A DNA stretch of 59,949 bases, filler included, from a bacterium (GTDB lineage: Bacteria; RUG730): assembly GCA_031551405.1 (NCBI GenBank). It is 2 parts of 2 records of this genome, joined end to end, with 100 filler letters (N's around TTAATTAATTAA, not from the genome) between each part and the next. Parts side by side here need not be neighbours in the genome. Positions count along the whole stretch, not along the records: positions 31,186 to 59,949 come from JAVBNQ010000011.1; 1 more part is not named here. One strand, given 5' to 3'. The stretch's first letter is position 1; the number at the start of each line of letters is the position of its first letter. Shown here piece after piece: positions 42,192 through 57,645 of the stretch. The position numbers and the translations under genes are program-made. The notes under the pieces were generated by a model that searched no databases, had not been told where the DNA came from, and saw nothing but the letters and a program-made list of their open reading frames with translations.

Positions 42192-42264
42192 GGGGATGTA
42201 GCTCAACTGGGAGAGCACCTGCCTTGCACGCAGGGGGTCGCGAGTTCAAATCTCGCCATCTCCA
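42192..42264 (+). tRNA. tRNA-Ala(TGC)
   Basis: Anticodon arm CCTGC-CTTGCAC-GCAGG; G3:U70 identity pair. Confidence 0.96.
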
Positions 42265-42383
42265 AATTTATTATTTTGGGTTTAAATTAATTAAATAAGT
42301 AAAAAATAATTTTATTAAAAGCTCTTTGAAATATTTATATAGTCTTTTTTGTTTAGGGTAACAAAAATATAATGAAATAATAT

Positions 42384-45398
<3,015 letters not shown>

Positions 45399-45461
45399 AT
45401 TTTTTGATTATATTTTCTCTCTTTTAAAAAAGACTAAATAAATATTTATAAATATACGATT

Positions 45462-45578
45462 TCCCGGTGGTCATAGCAATGGGGATACACCCGTTCCCAT
45501 TCCGAATACGGAAGTTAAGCCCATTTGCGCCGATGGTACTATACTGGTGACGGTATGGGAGAGTAGGTACTGCCGGGT
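45462..45578 (+). rRNA. rrf: 5S ribosomal RNA
   Basis: CCCGGTGG...CACCCGTTCCCATTCCGAATACGGAAGTTAAG...GAGAGTAGG..GCCGGG. Confidence 0.97.
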
Positions 45579-45689
45579 TTTTTTTATTTAAATTTGTATT
45601 TTTTATCTAAAATTTATTGACTTATTTTTTTTTATATGTTATTAAATTTAAATTTTATTTTTATACAATTTTTAAAGGACTTTAGAATA

Positions 45690-45881
45690 ATGCTGAAAAT
45701 TAGCGATATAAAAACTTTTTTACAGTCAGTATATGCTGAATTTAAAAAAGTGTCTTGGCCGACTAAAAATGAAACAATTAACTCTACAATAATGGTCTTA
45801 ATTATGATTGTATTTATGGCTATTTTTATAGGGTTAGTAGATTTAATTTTGACTCGTATAATGGGAATTATATTGAGGTAA
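45690..45881 (+). CDS. secE: Preprotein translocase subunit SecE
   Basis: EFKKVSWPT motif plus one TM helix; precedes nusG. Confidence 0.93.
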   Translation: MLKISDIKTFLQSVYAEFKKVSWPTKNETINSTIMVLIMIVFMAIFIGLVDLILTRIMGIILR

Positions 45882-45883
45882 AT

Positions 45884-46417
45884 ATGCAAGAAAAAAAATG
45901 GTACATCGTTCACACAAGAACACTTTATGAAGATAAAATAAAAAGACATATTCAAAATGAAATTACTAAAAGATCGTTAGACAATAAAATCTTTGACATA
46001 ATTATTCCAACTGAAGACGTCATTGAGATTAGAAAAAATAAAAAATATATAAAAAAAAGAAAGTTTTTCCCGGGATATATCTTGATCAATATGATTTTAG
46101 ATGACGATGTATATTGGGTTGTGAAAAACACACCCGGAGTCACGGCATTTTTGGGTGGACAACACCCTATTCCAATGCCGGAAAATGATGCTTTAGCATT
46201 ATTAGATAAAGTGAATACCTCAACCTTAGAAAAACCAAAACCTGCAATAACTTTTGATAAGAATGAAAATGTTCGTATAATGGAAGGACCTTTTGCAAAT
46301 TTTGTAGGGCTAGTTGACGAAATTAATCATGAAAAAGGTAAATTAACTGTAATGGTTACTATATTTGGGCGAGCTACTCCGGTTGTTGTAGATTTTTTAC
46401 AAGTTGAGAAGATTTAA
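45884..46417 (+). CDS. nusG: Transcription termination/antitermination factor NusG
   Basis: WYIVHT, FFPGY, TPGVTAF, KOW GPFANFVG, IFGRATPV. Confidence 0.98.
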   Translation: MQEKKWYIVHTRTLYEDKIKRHIQNEITKRSLDNKIFDIIIPTEDVIEIRKNKKYIKKRKFFPGYILINMILDDDVYWVVKNTPGVTAFLGGQHPIPMPENDALALLDKVNTSTLEKPKPAITFDKNENVRIMEGPFANFVGLVDEINHEKGKLTVMVTIFGRATPVVVDFLQVEKI

Positions 46418-46435
46418 TATTTCTAGGAGATAAAT

Positions 46436-46864
46436 ATGGCAAAAAATATAAAAGCTCTTGTTAAACTTCAAATTCCAGCTGGCGCTGCTAATCCGGCTCC
46501 TCCAATTGGTACAGCTCTTGGGCCTCAAGGCGTAAATATTATGGAGTTTTGTAAAGCTTTCAATGCTTTAACAAAAGACAAAGAACCAGGCATGATTATT
46601 CCTGTTGTAATGACGATTTATGAAGACAAAAGTTTTACTTTTATTACAAAAGTGCCACCAATGGTTTCGCTAATAAAAAATGCTTGCGGAATAGCAAAAG
46701 GTTCAGGCGAGCCAAATAAATCAAAAGTTGCAACATTAAATGCTAAGCAAATTGAAGAAATAGCAAAACAAAAAATGCCGGATTTAAATGCTTATAATTT
46801 AGAAAAAGCAAAACAAATGGTGATCGGAACAGCAAAAAATATGGGTGTTGAAATAGCGGAATAA
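46436..46864 (+). CDS. rplK: 50S ribosomal protein L11
   Basis: [22 protein letters not shown]. Confidence 0.98.
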   Translation: MAKNIKALVKLQIPAGAANPAPPIGTALGPQGVNIMEFCKAFNALTKDKEPGMIIPVVMTIYEDKSFTFITKVPPMVSLIKNACGIAKGSGEPNKSKVATLNAKQIEEIAKQKMPDLNAYNLEKAKQMVIGTAKNMGVEIAE

Positions 46865-46870
46865 GTGTGC

Positions 46871-46902
46871 TAGTAGGAGCTAATTTTAGCGTTGAACTAC
46901 TA
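46871..46902 (+). promoter_or_regulatory. Putative L1-binding autoregulatory mRNA structure ahead of rplA
   Basis: TAGTAG-GA-GCTAA..TTAGC-GTTGAA-CTACTA, a stem/internal loop abutting the rplA RBS. Confidence 0.6.
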
Positions 46903-46912
46903 AGGAGATATA

Positions 46913-47608
46913 ATGAAACTAGGAAAAAGAATTGAGAATTTATACAAAGGATTCGATAGGGCAAAAATTTATCCTTTGGAACAAGCAGTAGATTTTTTAA
47001 AGAATGCGCCAAAATTGAAATTTGATGAAACAATAGAAGTATCAATTAATTTGAATGTGAACCCTAAAAAAGCTGACCAAAACATTCGGTCAACGACTAT
47101 TTTGCCTCATGGAATTGGGAAAACAAAAAGAATTCTTGTTATGGCAAAAGGGGAAAAACTAAAAGAAGCCGAAGATGCTGGAGTTGAATATAGTGGAAAT
47201 GACGATTTGATAGCAAAAATAGCATCTGGATGGTTTGATTTTGATGTGATGATTGCAACGCCAGACATGATGAAAGATCTAGGGAAAATAGGTAAAGCTT
47301 TAGGGCCTAGAGGGTTAATGCCTAATCCAAAATCTGGAACAGTTACAATGGAAATAAAAAAAGCTGTAGAAGAAATAAAATCCGGGAAAATGGAATTTCG
47401 AGTTGATAGTTTTGGAATTTTGCATGTTTGTGTCGGAAAAATGTCGTTCGATAAGATTAAATTAGTTGAGAATATAAAGTCATTTATAAGCGATTTGCTT
47501 AAACTTAAACCATCGACAGTAAAAGGAAATTTTATAAAATCCATGTCAGTTTCTTCTACGATGGGGCCTGGAATTAAAATAGATTTATTGGAATTAGCTA
47601 ATAGATAA
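46913..47608 (+). CDS. rplA: 50S ribosomal protein L1
   Basis: KFDETIE, LGPRGLMPNPKSGTVT, STMGPG. Confidence 0.98.
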   Translation: MKLGKRIENLYKGFDRAKIYPLEQAVDFLKNAPKLKFDETIEVSINLNVNPKKADQNIRSTTILPHGIGKTKRILVMAKGEKLKEAEDAGVEYSGNDDLIAKIASGWFDFDVMIATPDMMKDLGKIGKALGPRGLMPNPKSGTVTMEIKKAVEEIKSGKMEFRVDSFGILHVCVGKMSFDKIKLVENIKSFISDLLKLKPSTVKGNFIKSMSVSSTMGPGIKIDLLELANR

Positions 47609-47626
47609 TAAGTTAAAATTAAAATA

Positions 47627-47719
47627 TGTCTAAGACAGTAGGGGAGTTTTGCTCTTAATTATCCTACCGAGACGAGTTTTTTAAACACTACTCTCTCGTT
47701 ATGAGCGTAGTGTTTTTTT
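47627..47719 (+). promoter_or_regulatory. L10 leader (r-protein attenuator) with terminator hairpin
   Basis: AAGACAGTAGG...TTAA..CCTACCGAG followed by hairpin AAACACTAC...GTAGTGTTTTTTT, upstream of rplJ. Confidence 0.8.
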
Positions 47720-47749
47720 ATATTTGTAAAATTTTGTAGGGGAGAAAAT

Positions 47750-48277
47750 ATGAATAAAGTTGAAAAACAAGAATTGATTGAAACTCTGAAAAATAGAGTT
47801 GATAATAAAAATTTTGTTTTAGCTGGCTTCAAAGGCTTATCCGTTTTTGAAATTGAGGAAATTCGTAATAAATTACGAGGAGTAAATTGTTCATCTAACG
47901 TTATAAAAAATCGTTTATTGCTTTTGGCTTTAAAAGAGTTAAGTATAGACGGATTCGAGGATTCATTAGCAGAAACGACGATGCTTACTGTTTTAAATGA
48001 GACTGGTTCTTTTAAGGGATTAAAAGTAATAGCAGATTATGTGAAAACAAATGAAAAGATTTTCATAAAATCTGGTTATGTCGAAGGGAAAAAAGTCGAT
48101 GCAAAAAGCCTTGAAAGTATCGCGAATTTATCTTCCAGAGAGGTTTTAATCGCAAAATTATTATCACAATTGCAGTCTCCAATCTCAAAATTTGTATTTT
48201 CATTAAATAATCCAATCTCAAAGTTAGTTTACGCATTAAATGCGATAAAAAATAAAAAAATTCAGGAGGAATTATAA
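47750..48277 (+). CDS. rplJ: 50S ribosomal protein L10
   Basis: [28 protein letters not shown]; operon position. Confidence 0.94.
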   Translation: MNKVEKQELIETLKNRVDNKNFVLAGFKGLSVFEIEEIRNKLRGVNCSSNVIKNRLLLLALKELSIDGFEDSLAETTMLTVLNETGSFKGLKVIADYVKTNEKIFIKSGYVEGKKVDAKSLESIANLSSREVLIAKLLSQLQSPISKFVFSLNNPISKLVYALNAIKNKKIQEEL

Positions 48278-48279
48278 AG

Positions 48280-48666
48280 ATGTCTAGAGAAGAATTGATT
48301 AAAGCAATAGAAAGCATGAGTGTTTTGGAGTTATCAGAGCTAGTAAAAGACTTGGAAGAAAAATTTGGAGTCAGCGCTATGCCTGCAATGCCAATGGGCG
48401 GATTCGCTCAAGCGGCTCCAGCAGCTGGCGGAGCAGTTGCAGAAGCTGCAGAAAAAACAGCTTTTGATGTGATCTTGGCTTCAGCAGGAGATAAAAAAAT
48501 CCAAGTTATAAAAGTTGTGAGAGAAATAACAGGTCTTGGACTCAAAGAAGGAAAAGATTTAGTTGACGCAGCTCCAAAGCCTGTTAAAGAAGGCGTAACA
48601 AAAGAACAAGCCGATGAGATTAAAGTTAAATTAGAGGAAGCTGGCGCAAAAGTAGAAATAAAATAA
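48280..48666 (+). CDS. rplL: 50S ribosomal protein L7/L12
   Basis: [36 protein letters not shown]. Confidence 0.98.
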   Translation: MSREELIKAIESMSVLELSELVKDLEEKFGVSAMPAMPMGGFAQAAPAAGGAVAEAAEKTAFDVILASAGDKKIQVIKVVREITGLGLKEGKDLVDAAPKPVKEGVTKEQADEIKVKLEEAGAKVEIK

Positions 48667-48694
48667 CTAAAATTTTTCCAAACAAATATATAAA

Positions 48695-48734
48695 AAAATA
48701 GCAAATGGAGTAGATTTATTCCATTTGCTATTTT
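48695..48734 (+). terminator. Terminator/attenuator hairpin between rplL and rpoB
   Basis: AAAATAGCAAATGGA...TCCATTTGCTATTTT. Confidence 0.75.
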
Positions 48735-48856
48735 CAATTTTCAAGTCACATAATCTATTTTAACTACGTTTAAGTTGGATTTTTGTCAGATTAATTTGAT
48801 ACTCCGTTCGCTTCACTTTTGATTTTTATTATAACGAAAAGGGAGGGGAAGTTTTG

Positions 48857-51800
48857 ATGGAAGTTTTTAAAAATATTGTTAATTTTGCTCGAATTCCCAA
48901 AATTTTAGATTTACCTGATATGGTTGAAATGCAAAAAAAATCCTACAAAAGTTTTTTGCAAGTAGACATTTCTGCAAACAAGAGAGAAATGCAAGGGCTT
49001 CAAGCTGCATTTTTAGATATTTTCCCGGTTGCAAATTCTGATGAAAGTTTAGTGTTGGATTTTGTCGACTACACTTTAGACCCACCAAAATACTCTGAAG
49101 ACGAAGCTATTGAAAAAGACGTAACTTATACGCTTTCACTGAAGGCAAATATGCGTCTAACCCAACGAGATGCTTCCGGAAAAGTAAAACAAATCACAGA
49201 ACAAGAGGTTTTTTTATGTGATCTTCCGATGATTACGCAAAATGCTACATTTATTTTTAATGGAGCTGAACGTGTGATCGTTAGTCAGATGCATCGTTCT
49301 CCCGGTGTGATTTTTGAGGAAGACGAAGAAAAAATGATTTCTTCATTCGGTAAAAAATTATTTTTTGCAAGAATCATTCCTTATCGAGGGGCTTGGGTTG
49401 AATTTGAGTATGATCTAAATAATATTTTATACGTGAGAATAGATAAGAAACGTAAAATTTTAGCAACTACGCTTTTGCGGGCTTTGGGTTATGAATCAAA
49501 CGAGACTATTCTAAATTTATTCTATAAAAAAGAAAAAAAAGCTTTAACAAAAAATGTGATAAATATGCATTTGGCTGAAGACGCGATCGATAAAAATACT
49601 GGCGAAATTTTGATGGAAGCCGGAAATTTGATTCTTCCTGAGAAATTCGAGATTTTAAAATTGCGAGGAATAAAAGACGTAAGTGTAATAATTTTTCCTG
49701 AAAATATAAATGACATCACGATAATTAATACCTTGGCAAAAGATAATTTTAGAAATGCTAACGACGCTATTTTTGATATTTACAAAAAATTAAGGGCTCA
49801 AGAATTTATTTCTGCAGAACAAGCAAAAAATTTTATTTATAATATGCTTTTTAACAGCATAAAAAAATATGATTTAACAAAAGTTGGACGATACAAAATC
49901 AATAAAAAGCTTGAAAAAATTTTTGATGAATTTAAGAAAAATAAAGTTTTGGAAATGCCAACAGAAGACGTGAGAGTTCTGACACGGGTAGATGTCGTTG
50001 CAACAATAAAATATTTGATAAATCTGAACAATGAAGTATCTGGAGAAATCGACGACATCGATCACTTGGGAAACAGAAGAATTAGATCAGTCGGTGAATT
50101 GTTGGAAAACCAAATTCGAGTTGGACTTTCTCACATGGCGAGACTTATTCGCGAAAAAATGAATATGCAAGACAGAGATAAATTGACTGTGCGAAGTCTT
50201 GTAAACGCAGCGCCACTCGTCGGAATTATTCGTAAATTTTTTGGAACCTCACAATTGTCTCAGTTTATGGATCAAGTCAATCCTCTCGCAGAATTGACGC
50301 ACAAACGAAGATTATCAGCTTTGGGTCCCGGAGGATTGAATAGAAAACGAGCAGGATTTGAGATCAGAGACGTTCATTATACGCATTATGGCCGAGTTTG
50401 TCCTGTCGAAACTCCAGAAGGACAAAACATTGGGCTTATAACTTCCTTGTCATGCTATTCGAAAGTCAATGATTATGGTTTGATTGAGACGCCTTATCGA
50501 AAAATTAAAAATGGAAAAGTGACTGATGAGATTTCATATTTGACGGCCAATGAAGAAGAAGGTTTGCGAGTAGCTCAGGCGAACTCGCCGATCGATAAAA
50601 ATGGAAATTTGACTGGTGATTTAGTGGCTTGCAGGTATGCTGACAATTTTCCACTTTTGCCAAAAAGCGCAGTCGAATACATGGATATTTCGCCAATTCA
50701 AGTCGTGAGCCCGTCTACAGCTCTCATTCCGTTCTTGGAGCATGACGACGCTAACCGAGCTCTGATGGGCGCAAACATGCAAAGACAGGCTGTGCCTCTT
50801 ATGATCACACAAAAACCTGTCGTTGCAACAGGAATCGAGGACGTTGTTGCGAAAGATTCCGGAGCTACGATTATTGCCAGACAAGACGGCGTGGTTTTGA
50901 GTGTAACTTCAAATAAAATCATAATTTGGTCTGACGCGAAAAAAAATGATTCTATCGAGATTTATAAACTGAAAAAATACAATCGTTCTAACCAGGATAC
51001 TTCAATCAATCAAATTCCTTTGGTCAAATTTGGTGATAGAGTAAAACAGGGAGATGTAATTGCTGATGGAGCTGCGACTGATAAAGGACAATTGGCTCTC
51101 GGTAAAAATCTTCTCGTAGCGTTTATGCCTTGGGAAGGATATAATTTTGAAGACGCGATTTTGCTCAATCAGAAATTGGTAAAAGAAGACGTTTTGACTT
51201 CGATTCATATTACAGAATTTAACGTCGAGGCTAGGGATTTAAAAATTGGAGTCGAGGAAATTACTCGAGATATCCCAAATATCGGAGAAGAAGCTTTGAA
51301 AAATTTGGATGAAAACGGGATTATTCGAATTGGTGCTGAAGTCGAGGCCGGAGATATTTTGGTCGGAAAAGTGACACCAAAAGGAGAGCAGCTCACGACG
51401 CCGGAAGAAAGACTTTTAAAAGTCATTTTTGGAAAGAAAGCTGAGGACGTTCAAGATGCTTCTCTACGAGTAACACCTGGTGTCCGAGGAAAAGTTTTGG
51501 ACGTAAAAGTTTTGTCAAGATCAAAAAAAATGACGAAAAAAGAAGAAGCAAAGTTTGTAAAAAAATTAGAAGAAAAATATAACGAGATGTTCGCGAATTT
51601 GAAAAAAGAGAAAGACCAAAAAGTAAAAGATTTAAAAGCAGAGAAAAACTTTGACAAAAAATATTTGGAAATGATAAACAAGTTTTACGAGTATCAAGAG
51701 CAAGATTTAAAGCAAAAATTGGCAAATGAAAAAGATAAAATTAACAAAGATGACGAATTGCCGATAACAGTTAATAAAATTGTGAAAGTTTTGATTGCGA

Positions 51801-52549
51801 GCAGACGTAAAATTTCTGTTGGAGACAAAATGGCAGGTCGACATGGAAATAAAGGTATTGTCGCAAAAATTATGAAGCAAGAAGACATGCCGTATTTGCC
51901 GGATGGAAGACCGGTCGATATAGTTTTGAGTCCGCTAGCTATTCCATCTCGTATGAACGTTGGACAGATTATGGAAACGATTTTGGGTTGGGCTGGAGTA
52001 AATCTCGACACACAAATGGTTACCCCAGTTTTTGACGGAGCAACTGAAGACGATATAAAAGAAAACATCAAAAAAGCTAAGAAAAATTTGATGAAAAATA
52101 AAAATTATAAGGAAGAATATTTACCGGACGAGTATTGTAGAACTACACTTTATGACGGAAGAACTGGTGAAACCTTTAACGAGAAAATTACCGTCGGATA
52201 CATGTACATGCTGAAACTTTCACATTTGGTCGAGGATAAGATTCACGCGCGTTCGACTGGTCCGTACTCTCTTATTACTCGTCAGCCGCTTGGAGGAAAA
52301 GCACAATTCGGAGGACAGAGAGTTGGAGAGATGGAAGTTTGGGCGATAGAAGGATACGGCGCAAGTCATATTTTGCAGGAATTTTTGACTGTAAAAAGTG
52401 ATGATGTGAATGGCAGAACAAAAATGTATGAATCGATAATAAAAGGCGAGATAATGACAGATCCGGGAATACCAGAATCATTTAAAGTTTTGGTGAAAGA
52501 ATTGCAGAGTTTGTGTTTAAATATTGAGCTCTTGAAAGAAAATAACTAA
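48857..52549 (+). CDS. rpoB: RNA polymerase beta subunit
   Basis: SQLSQFMDQ, GDKMAGRHGNKG, GGQRVGEMEVWA. Confidence 0.99.
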   Translation: MEVFKNIVNFARIPKILDLPDMVEMQKKSYKSFLQVDISANKREMQGLQAAFLDIFPVANSDESLVLDFVDYTLDPPKYSEDEAIEKDVTYTLSLKANMRLTQRDASGKVKQITEQEVFLCDLPMITQNATFIFNGAERVIVSQMHRSPGVIFEEDEEKMISSFGKKLFFARIIPYRGAWVEFEYDLNNILYVRIDKKRKILATTLLRALGYESNETILNLFYKKEKKALTKNVINMHLAEDAIDKNTGEILMEAGNLILPEKFEILKLRGIKDVSVIIFPENINDITIINTLAKDNFRNANDAIFDIYKKLRAQEFISAEQAKNFIYNMLFNSIKKYDLTKVGRYKINKKLEKIFDEFKKNKVLEMPTEDVRVLTRVDVVATIKYLINLNNEVSGEIDDIDHLGNRRIRSVGELLENQIRVGLSHMARLIREKMNMQDRDKLTVRSLVNAAPLVGIIRKFFGTSQLSQFMDQVNPLAELTHKRRLSALGPGGLNRKRAGFEIRDVHYTHYGRVCPVETPEGQNIGLITSLSCYSKVNDYGLIETPYRKIKNGKVTDEISYLTANEEEGLRVAQANSPIDKNGNLTGDLVACRYADNFPLLPKSAVEYMDISPIQVVSPSTALIPFLEHDDANRALMGANMQRQAVPLMITQKPVVATGIEDVVAKDSGATIIARQDGVVLSVTSNKIIIWSDAKKNDSIEIYKLKKYNRSNQDTSINQIPLVKFGDRVKQGDVIADGAATDKGQLALGKNLLVAFMPWEGYNFEDAILLNQKLVKEDVLTSIHITEFNVEARDLKIGVEEITRDIPNIGEEALKNLDENGIIRIGAEVEAGDILVGKVTPKGEQLTTPEERLLKVIFGKKAEDVQDASLRVTPGVRGKVLDVKVLSRSKKMTKKEEAKFVKKLEEKYNEMFANLKKEKDQKVKDLKAEKNFDKKYLEMINKFYEYQEQDLKQKLANEKDKINKDDELPITVNKIVKVLIASRRKISVGDKMAGRHGNKGIVAKIMKQEDMPYLPDGRPVDIVLSPLAIPSRMNVGQIMETILGWAGVNLDTQMVTPVFDGATEDDIKENIKKAKKNLMKNKNYKEEYLPDEYCRTTLYDGRTGETFNEKITVGYMYMLKLSHLVEDKIHARSTGPYSLITRQPLGGKAQFGGQRVGEMEVWAIEGYGASHILQEFLTVKSDDVNGRTKMYESIIKGEIMTDPGIPESFKVLVKELQSLCLNIELLKENN

Positions 52550-52576
52550 ATATTCCGAAATTAGGAGGATTCTCCT

Positions 52577-55500
52577 TTGGCTAAACTTAATAAAAACAAA
52601 ATTCAAATCAGAAAAAAAATTATCGACACAATAAATTTTGCTAATTTCGACACGATAAAACTAAGCATCGCATCTCCGGAAGATATTCGTAATTGGTCGT
52701 ACGGCGAGGTAAAAAAAGCTGAAACAATCAATTACCGAACCTTTAAACCCGAGAGAGATGGTTTGTTTTGCGAGAAAATTTTCGGTCCAATACGAGACTG
52801 GGAATGTAATTGCGGAAAATACAAATGGATAAAACATCGAGGCGTAATCTGCGATAGATGCGGAGTCGAAGTTACGGAATCAAAAGTCCGCCGAGAAAGA
52901 ATGGGGCACATTGAGCTTGCTGAGCCGGTTTCTCATATTTGGTTTTTGAGGAAATCTCCGTCTAGACTTGCAATTTTGCTTAATATGAAGCTTGGCGATA
53001 TAGAAAAAGTAGTTTATTTTTCAAAACATATCATTCTAAAGCCTGGCGAAACGCCTTTGAAATACAAGCAACTTTTATCCGAAGAAGAATATCAAGATTG
53101 CAAAGTAAAATATGGGCAAAGTTTTGAATCAGGAATTGGCGCTTCTGCAATAAAACAATTGCTCAAAGAAGTAGATTTAAAAATTTTGGCAATAGAATTA
53201 CGAGAAGAAATCAGAAACACAAAATCTGACGCAACCAGAAACAGAATCATAAAGCAATTGCGAGTTGTTGACGCATTTTTGCGGTCTGGAAATAAACCGG
53301 AAAATATGATTATTGACACAGTTCCGGTAATTCCACCGGATTTGAGACCCTTGGTTCCACTGGATGGTGGAAGATTTGCGTCATCTGACTTAAACGATTT
53401 GTACAGACGAATCATAAATCGAAATAACAGATTAAAACACATCCAAAGTTTAAAAGCTCCGGACGTGATGATTTACAATGAAAAAAGACTTTTGCAAGAG
53501 GCAGTTGATGTTTTATTTGAAAATGGAGCCAGAAATAGAACCGTCGTTGGTTCAGGCAATAGACCGCTAAAATCTTTGTCTGACACTTTAAAGGGAAAAC
53601 AAGGAAGATTTAGACAGAACCTGCTCGGGAAAAGAGTGGATTATTCCGGAAGATCAGTCATAGTCGTTGGTCCAGCGTTGAAATTACATCAATGCGGACT
53701 TCCCAAAAAAATGGCGCTTGAGCTTTTCAAACCGTTTATTATGCGAGAACTGATGGAGCGAAATATTGCGACTTCATTTAAAAGCGCTAAAAAAATGATT
53801 GAGAAGACTACGACTGAAGTTTGGGATATTTTGGAGCAAGTGACCATGAATCATCCGGTTTTATTAAACAGAGCTCCAACGTTGCATCGTCTAGGAATAC
53901 AGGCGTTTGAACCAGTTTTGGTCGAGGGTAATGCGATACAGCTTCATCCTTTGACTTGCGCTGCATTTAACGCGGATTTTGACGGTGATCAGATGGCTGT
54001 CCACGTGCCGCTTTCGGTTGAGTCGCAGCTTGAAGCCAAAATTTTGATGCTTGCAACCAACAATATTTTGTCTCCAGCTAGCGGAAAACCAATTACCGTT
54101 CCGTCGCAAGACATTGTTTTGGGATGCTATTATTTGACAAAAGAGAAAAAAGGTTCAAAAGGCGAGGGCAAGATTTTTTCAACGGTTGAAGAGTTAGAAA
54201 TGGCTTATGAGTTCAAAAAAGTTGATGAGCATGCCAAAATAAAAATTTGTCTAGATGGATCGATATTTGAAACAACAGTTGGCCGAGTGATTTTTAATAA
54301 AATTATTCCAAAAGCAATGGGTTTCATAAATAAAGTTATCACAAAAAAAGATTTGGCTGTTCTTATCGAGACTTGTTATAAAAAGCTAGGAAAAGAAGAG
54401 ACAGTTGAACTTTTAGATAATTTGAAGAGACTTGGTTATAAATATTCAACAAAAGCCGGTATTTCAATTTCGCTTTCGGATATGCTTATTCCAAAGGAAA
54501 AACATGAGATCATAGATAGAGCCACAAAAGAAGTAAAAGATATTTTGGAACAGGCGCAAATGGGTGTCATCACAGAAAGTGAAAGATACAATAAAGTAAT
54601 CGATATTTGGACTAGAGTGACTGATGAGATCGCAGATATGATGTTTTCGTCATTGAAAACAAAAGACGATGGAGATTTTGTAGAAGGTGAATCGAAATTT
54701 AATTCAGTCTACATTATGGCTGATTCAGGTGCTCGAGGCAGCAAACAGCAGATAAGACAGCTGGCTGGTATGCGCGGACTTATGGCAAAACCCCAGAAAA
54801 AATTGACCGGACAAATCGGAGAAATTATTGAGTCGCCGATTACTGCTAATTTTAGAGAAGGATTGACAGTTCTGGAGTACTTTATATCGACGCACGGAGG
54901 AAGAAAAGGTTTAGCTGACACAGCTCTCAAAACTGCTGAAGCAGGATATTTGACGAGAAGATTGATTGACATAGCACATGATACTGTTGTGACAATAGAC
55001 GATTGCGAGACAGTGAACGGTATCAAAATAGGAGCTTTAAAAGAGGGTGACGAAATAATCGAACCATTGGAAGAAAGAATTATTGGAAGAGTTTCTCTTG
55101 ATAATGTCGTCGGGCTTATAGAAGGAAATGACGGCGAATTTTATGAGGATCTAATTTTAAAAGCTGACGAAATAATCACTGAAGAAAATGCTAAAAAATT
55201 GGCGAAAGCCGGTATTGAAAAAATCAGGATTCGTTCAGTTTTGACTTGCGAGGCGAACAACGGTGTTTGTAAAAAATGCTATGGCGTAAATTTGGCGAAT
55301 GGAAAAGAGGCGAATATCGGAGATGCAGTTGGAATACTTGCAGCTCAGTCGATAGGAGAGCCGGGAACACAGCTTACTCTTAGAACTTTTCATATCGGAG
55401 GAACAGCAAGTAGAGTTGTTTTAGAATCGTCTCTCACGGTAAAAAATGCTGGAACTTTAAAATATCACAACATTAAGACTTTAAAGAATAAAAATGGACA

Positions 55501-56656
55501 TTTGATCGTCGTAAGCCGAAATGGTGAAATAAGTATAAAGGCAAAGCATAGGAGAGATATTTACACGATTCCGTATGGAGCAAAGCTTTATTTTGAAGAC
55601 AATGCTGTTGTTGAAAAAGATCAATTGGTTGCAGAATGGGATCCATACAGTTTGCCGATTATTTCAGAAATTGCCGGAAAAGTGCTTTGGAAAGATATCG
55701 TAGAAGGTAAGACTATGCAGCAGGAAAAAAACCGAATTACTGGAATGGTTGAGACGATTATTTTGGAACACAGAGCAAACGATAGATTGAACCCGCAGCT
55801 CGTAGTAAAATCAGAGAAAAATCCAGGATTTACTTATACTTTGCCAGCAGACACGTATGTTTTGTTTAATGACGATTCAAAGGTTTTTCCTGGCGACGTC
55901 ATAGCAAAAATTCCACAAGAAGTAAGCAAAACAAAAGATATTACCGGAGGATTACCTCGAATTGCAGAGCTTTTTGAAGCGAGAAAACCGAAAAATATTT
56001 CTATTATTTCGGAAATTGATGGGGTGGTTTCTCTAGAAACAACGAGTAAATTTTTGCTAAAAATAGTTGTCACAAATGAAAATGGAATTACGAGGGAATA
56101 CATTATTCCTCAAGGAAAACATCTAGTCGTTTACGAAGGAGATAGAGTCAGAGCAGGTGATCCGCTTACAGATGGAGCAGCTAATCCGCATGACATTTTG
56201 CGCGTCAAAGGAGATAAAGCTGTTCAAGAATATTTATTGAATGAGATTCAAGAAGTTTATCGCTTGCAAGGCGTGATCATTAATGACAAACATATCGAGA
56301 TTATTGTTCGTCAGATGTTGTCCAATTATCGAATAGAACAGCCTGGAGATACTGAGCTTTTGGTTGGTGAGATGGTAAACCGTTTTAAATTTAGAAATAT
56401 AAACCAGGATGTAACTAAGAAAAATTTGAAGCCGGCAGTCGCGAGCCCAGTTTTACTCGGTATTACGAAGGCCTCCTTAAATTCAGACAGCTTCATTTCT
56501 GCTGCTTCGTTCCAAGAAACTACCAAGATTTTAACAGAAGCGAGCGCTAATGGCGAGAAAGATCACTTGATTGGGTTGAAAGAAAATGTAATTATTGGTC
56601 ATCTAATTCCTGCTGGGACAGGTCTCAAAAAAAATAGGATGACAGCAAAAAATTAA
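52577..56656 (+). CDS. rpoC: RNA polymerase beta' subunit
   Basis: [11 protein letters not shown] catalytic motif, zinc finger, [11 protein letters not shown] start after AGGAGG. Confidence 0.99.
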   Translation: MAKLNKNKIQIRKKIIDTINFANFDTIKLSIASPEDIRNWSYGEVKKAETINYRTFKPERDGLFCEKIFGPIRDWECNCGKYKWIKHRGVICDRCGVEVTESKVRRERMGHIELAEPVSHIWFLRKSPSRLAILLNMKLGDIEKVVYFSKHIILKPGETPLKYKQLLSEEEYQDCKVKYGQSFESGIGASAIKQLLKEVDLKILAIELREEIRNTKSDATRNRIIKQLRVVDAFLRSGNKPENMIIDTVPVIPPDLRPLVPLDGGRFASSDLNDLYRRIINRNNRLKHIQSLKAPDVMIYNEKRLLQEAVDVLFENGARNRTVVGSGNRPLKSLSDTLKGKQGRFRQNLLGKRVDYSGRSVIVVGPALKLHQCGLPKKMALELFKPFIMRELMERNIATSFKSAKKMIEKTTTEVWDILEQVTMNHPVLLNRAPTLHRLGIQAFEPVLVEGNAIQLHPLTCAAFNADFDGDQMAVHVPLSVESQLEAKILMLATNNILSPASGKPITVPSQDIVLGCYYLTKEKKGSKGEGKIFSTVEELEMAYEFKKVDEHAKIKICLDGSIFETTVGRVIFNKIIPKAMGFINKVITKKDLAVLIETCYKKLGKEETVELLDNLKRLGYKYSTKAGISISLSDMLIPKEKHEIIDRATKEVKDILEQAQMGVITESERYNKVIDIWTRVTDEIADMMFSSLKTKDDGDFVEGESKFNSVYIMADSGARGSKQQIRQLAGMRGLMAKPQKKLTGQIGEIIESPITANFREGLTVLEYFISTHGGRKGLADTALKTAEAGYLTRRLIDIAHDTVVTIDDCETVNGIKIGALKEGDEIIEPLEERIIGRVSLDNVVGLIEGNDGEFYEDLILKADEIITEENAKKLAKAGIEKIRIRSVLTCEANNGVCKKCYGVNLANGKEANIGDAVGILAAQSIGEPGTQLTLRTFHIGGTASRVVLESSLTVKNAGTLKYHNIKTLKNKNGHLIVVSRNGEISIKAKHRRDIYTIPYGAKLYFEDNAVVEKDQLVAEWDPYSLPIISEIAGKVLWKDIVEGKTMQQEKNRITGMVETIILEHRANDRLNPQLVVKSEKNPGFTYTLPADTYVLFNDDSKVFPGDVIAKIPQEVSKTKDITGGLPRIAELFEARKPKNISIISEIDGVVSLETTSKFLLKIVVTNENGITREYIIPQGKHLVVYEGDRVRAGDPLTDGAANPHDILRVKGDKAVQEYLLNEIQEVYRLQGVIINDKHIEIIVRQMLSNYRIEQPGDTELLVGEMVNRFKFRNINQDVTKKNLKPAVASPVLLGITKASLNSDSFISAASFQETTKILTEASANGEKDHLIGLKENVIIGHLIPAGTGLKKNRMTAKN

Positions 56657-56717
56657 AAATAACTTGACAACCGAATATTGAATATGTTAAATATACAAAA
56701 TTTTTAGGAGAAAACCA

Positions 56718-57125
56718 GTGTTAACGATTAACCAATTAATAAAAAATGGACGACAAAAGATAGGACAAAAATGTAAGACGCCTGCACTTGAGAGCTGTCC
56801 GCAAAGGCGAGGAGTTTGCAGTAGAGTTTATACTACAACACCTAAAAAGCCTAACTCTGCGTTGCGTAAAGTTGCTCGTGTAAAGCTTACGAATAATATA
56901 GAAGTAACCGCATACATACCAGGGATTGGTCATAGTTTGCAAGAGCATTCAATCGTTTTGATTCGAGGTGGTCGTGTAAAAGATTTGCCGGGTGTGAGAT
57001 ATCATATCGTACGAGGAAATTTAGATACAACTGGCGTAGCAAATAGAAATCAGAGTAGATCTAAGTATGGCGCAAAAAGGCCAAAACCAACAGATGGAAA
57101 AGCTCCAGCAAAAGGTAAAAAATAA
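56718..57125 (+). CDS. rpsL: 30S ribosomal protein S12
   Basis: [21 protein letters not shown]. Confidence 0.99.
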   Translation: MLTINQLIKNGRQKIGQKCKTPALESCPQRRGVCSRVYTTTPKKPNSALRKVARVKLTNNIEVTAYIPGIGHSLQEHSIVLIRGGRVKDLPGVRYHIVRGNLDTTGVANRNQSRSKYGAKRPKPTDGKAPAKGKK

Positions 57126-57150
57126 AATTTAATATACGAGGCAAAAAACT

Positions 57151-57621
57151 ATGTCTAGAAAGAAAAAAAGGCAAGATCGAGGTTTGAAACCAGATACGAA
57201 ATATAACAGCTTGCTAGTAAGTCATTATATAAATCGAATAATGTTAAGTGGTGAAAAAAATATAGCTTCCAGATTAATTTATGATGCGATGGAAATAATG
57301 AAAGAAAAAATTAAAGATGAACCCTTGAAAATTTTGATAAAAGCTACGGATAACGTAAAACCTCAGCTCGAAGTAAAAGCGCGTAGACTTGGTGGAGCAA
57401 CATATCAAGTGCCAGTAGAAGTTGAAGCATTGCGAGCGAATGCTTTGGCGCTCAGATGGATTATAAATTTCGCAAGAGAGAGAAAAGGAAAATCTTTTTC
57501 CGAAAAATTAGCATCAGAACTGATAGATGCATACAATGAACAGGGCAATTCAATAAAGAAAAAAATCGATACTCACAAAATGGCGGAAGCAAACAAAGCT
57601 TTTGCGCATTATAAGTGGTAA
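57151..57621 (+). CDS. rpsG: 30S ribosomal protein S7
   Basis: RRLGGATYQVP, HKMAEANKAFAHY. Confidence 0.99.
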   Translation: MSRKKKRQDRGLKPDTKYNSLLVSHYINRIMLSGEKNIASRLIYDAMEIMKEKIKDEPLKILIKATDNVKPQLEVKARRLGGATYQVPVEVEALRANALALRWIINFARERKGKSFSEKLASELIDAYNEQGNSIKKKIDTHKMAEANKAFAHYKW

Positions 57622-57645
57622 CTCAAGGATTTAAAGGATAAAAAA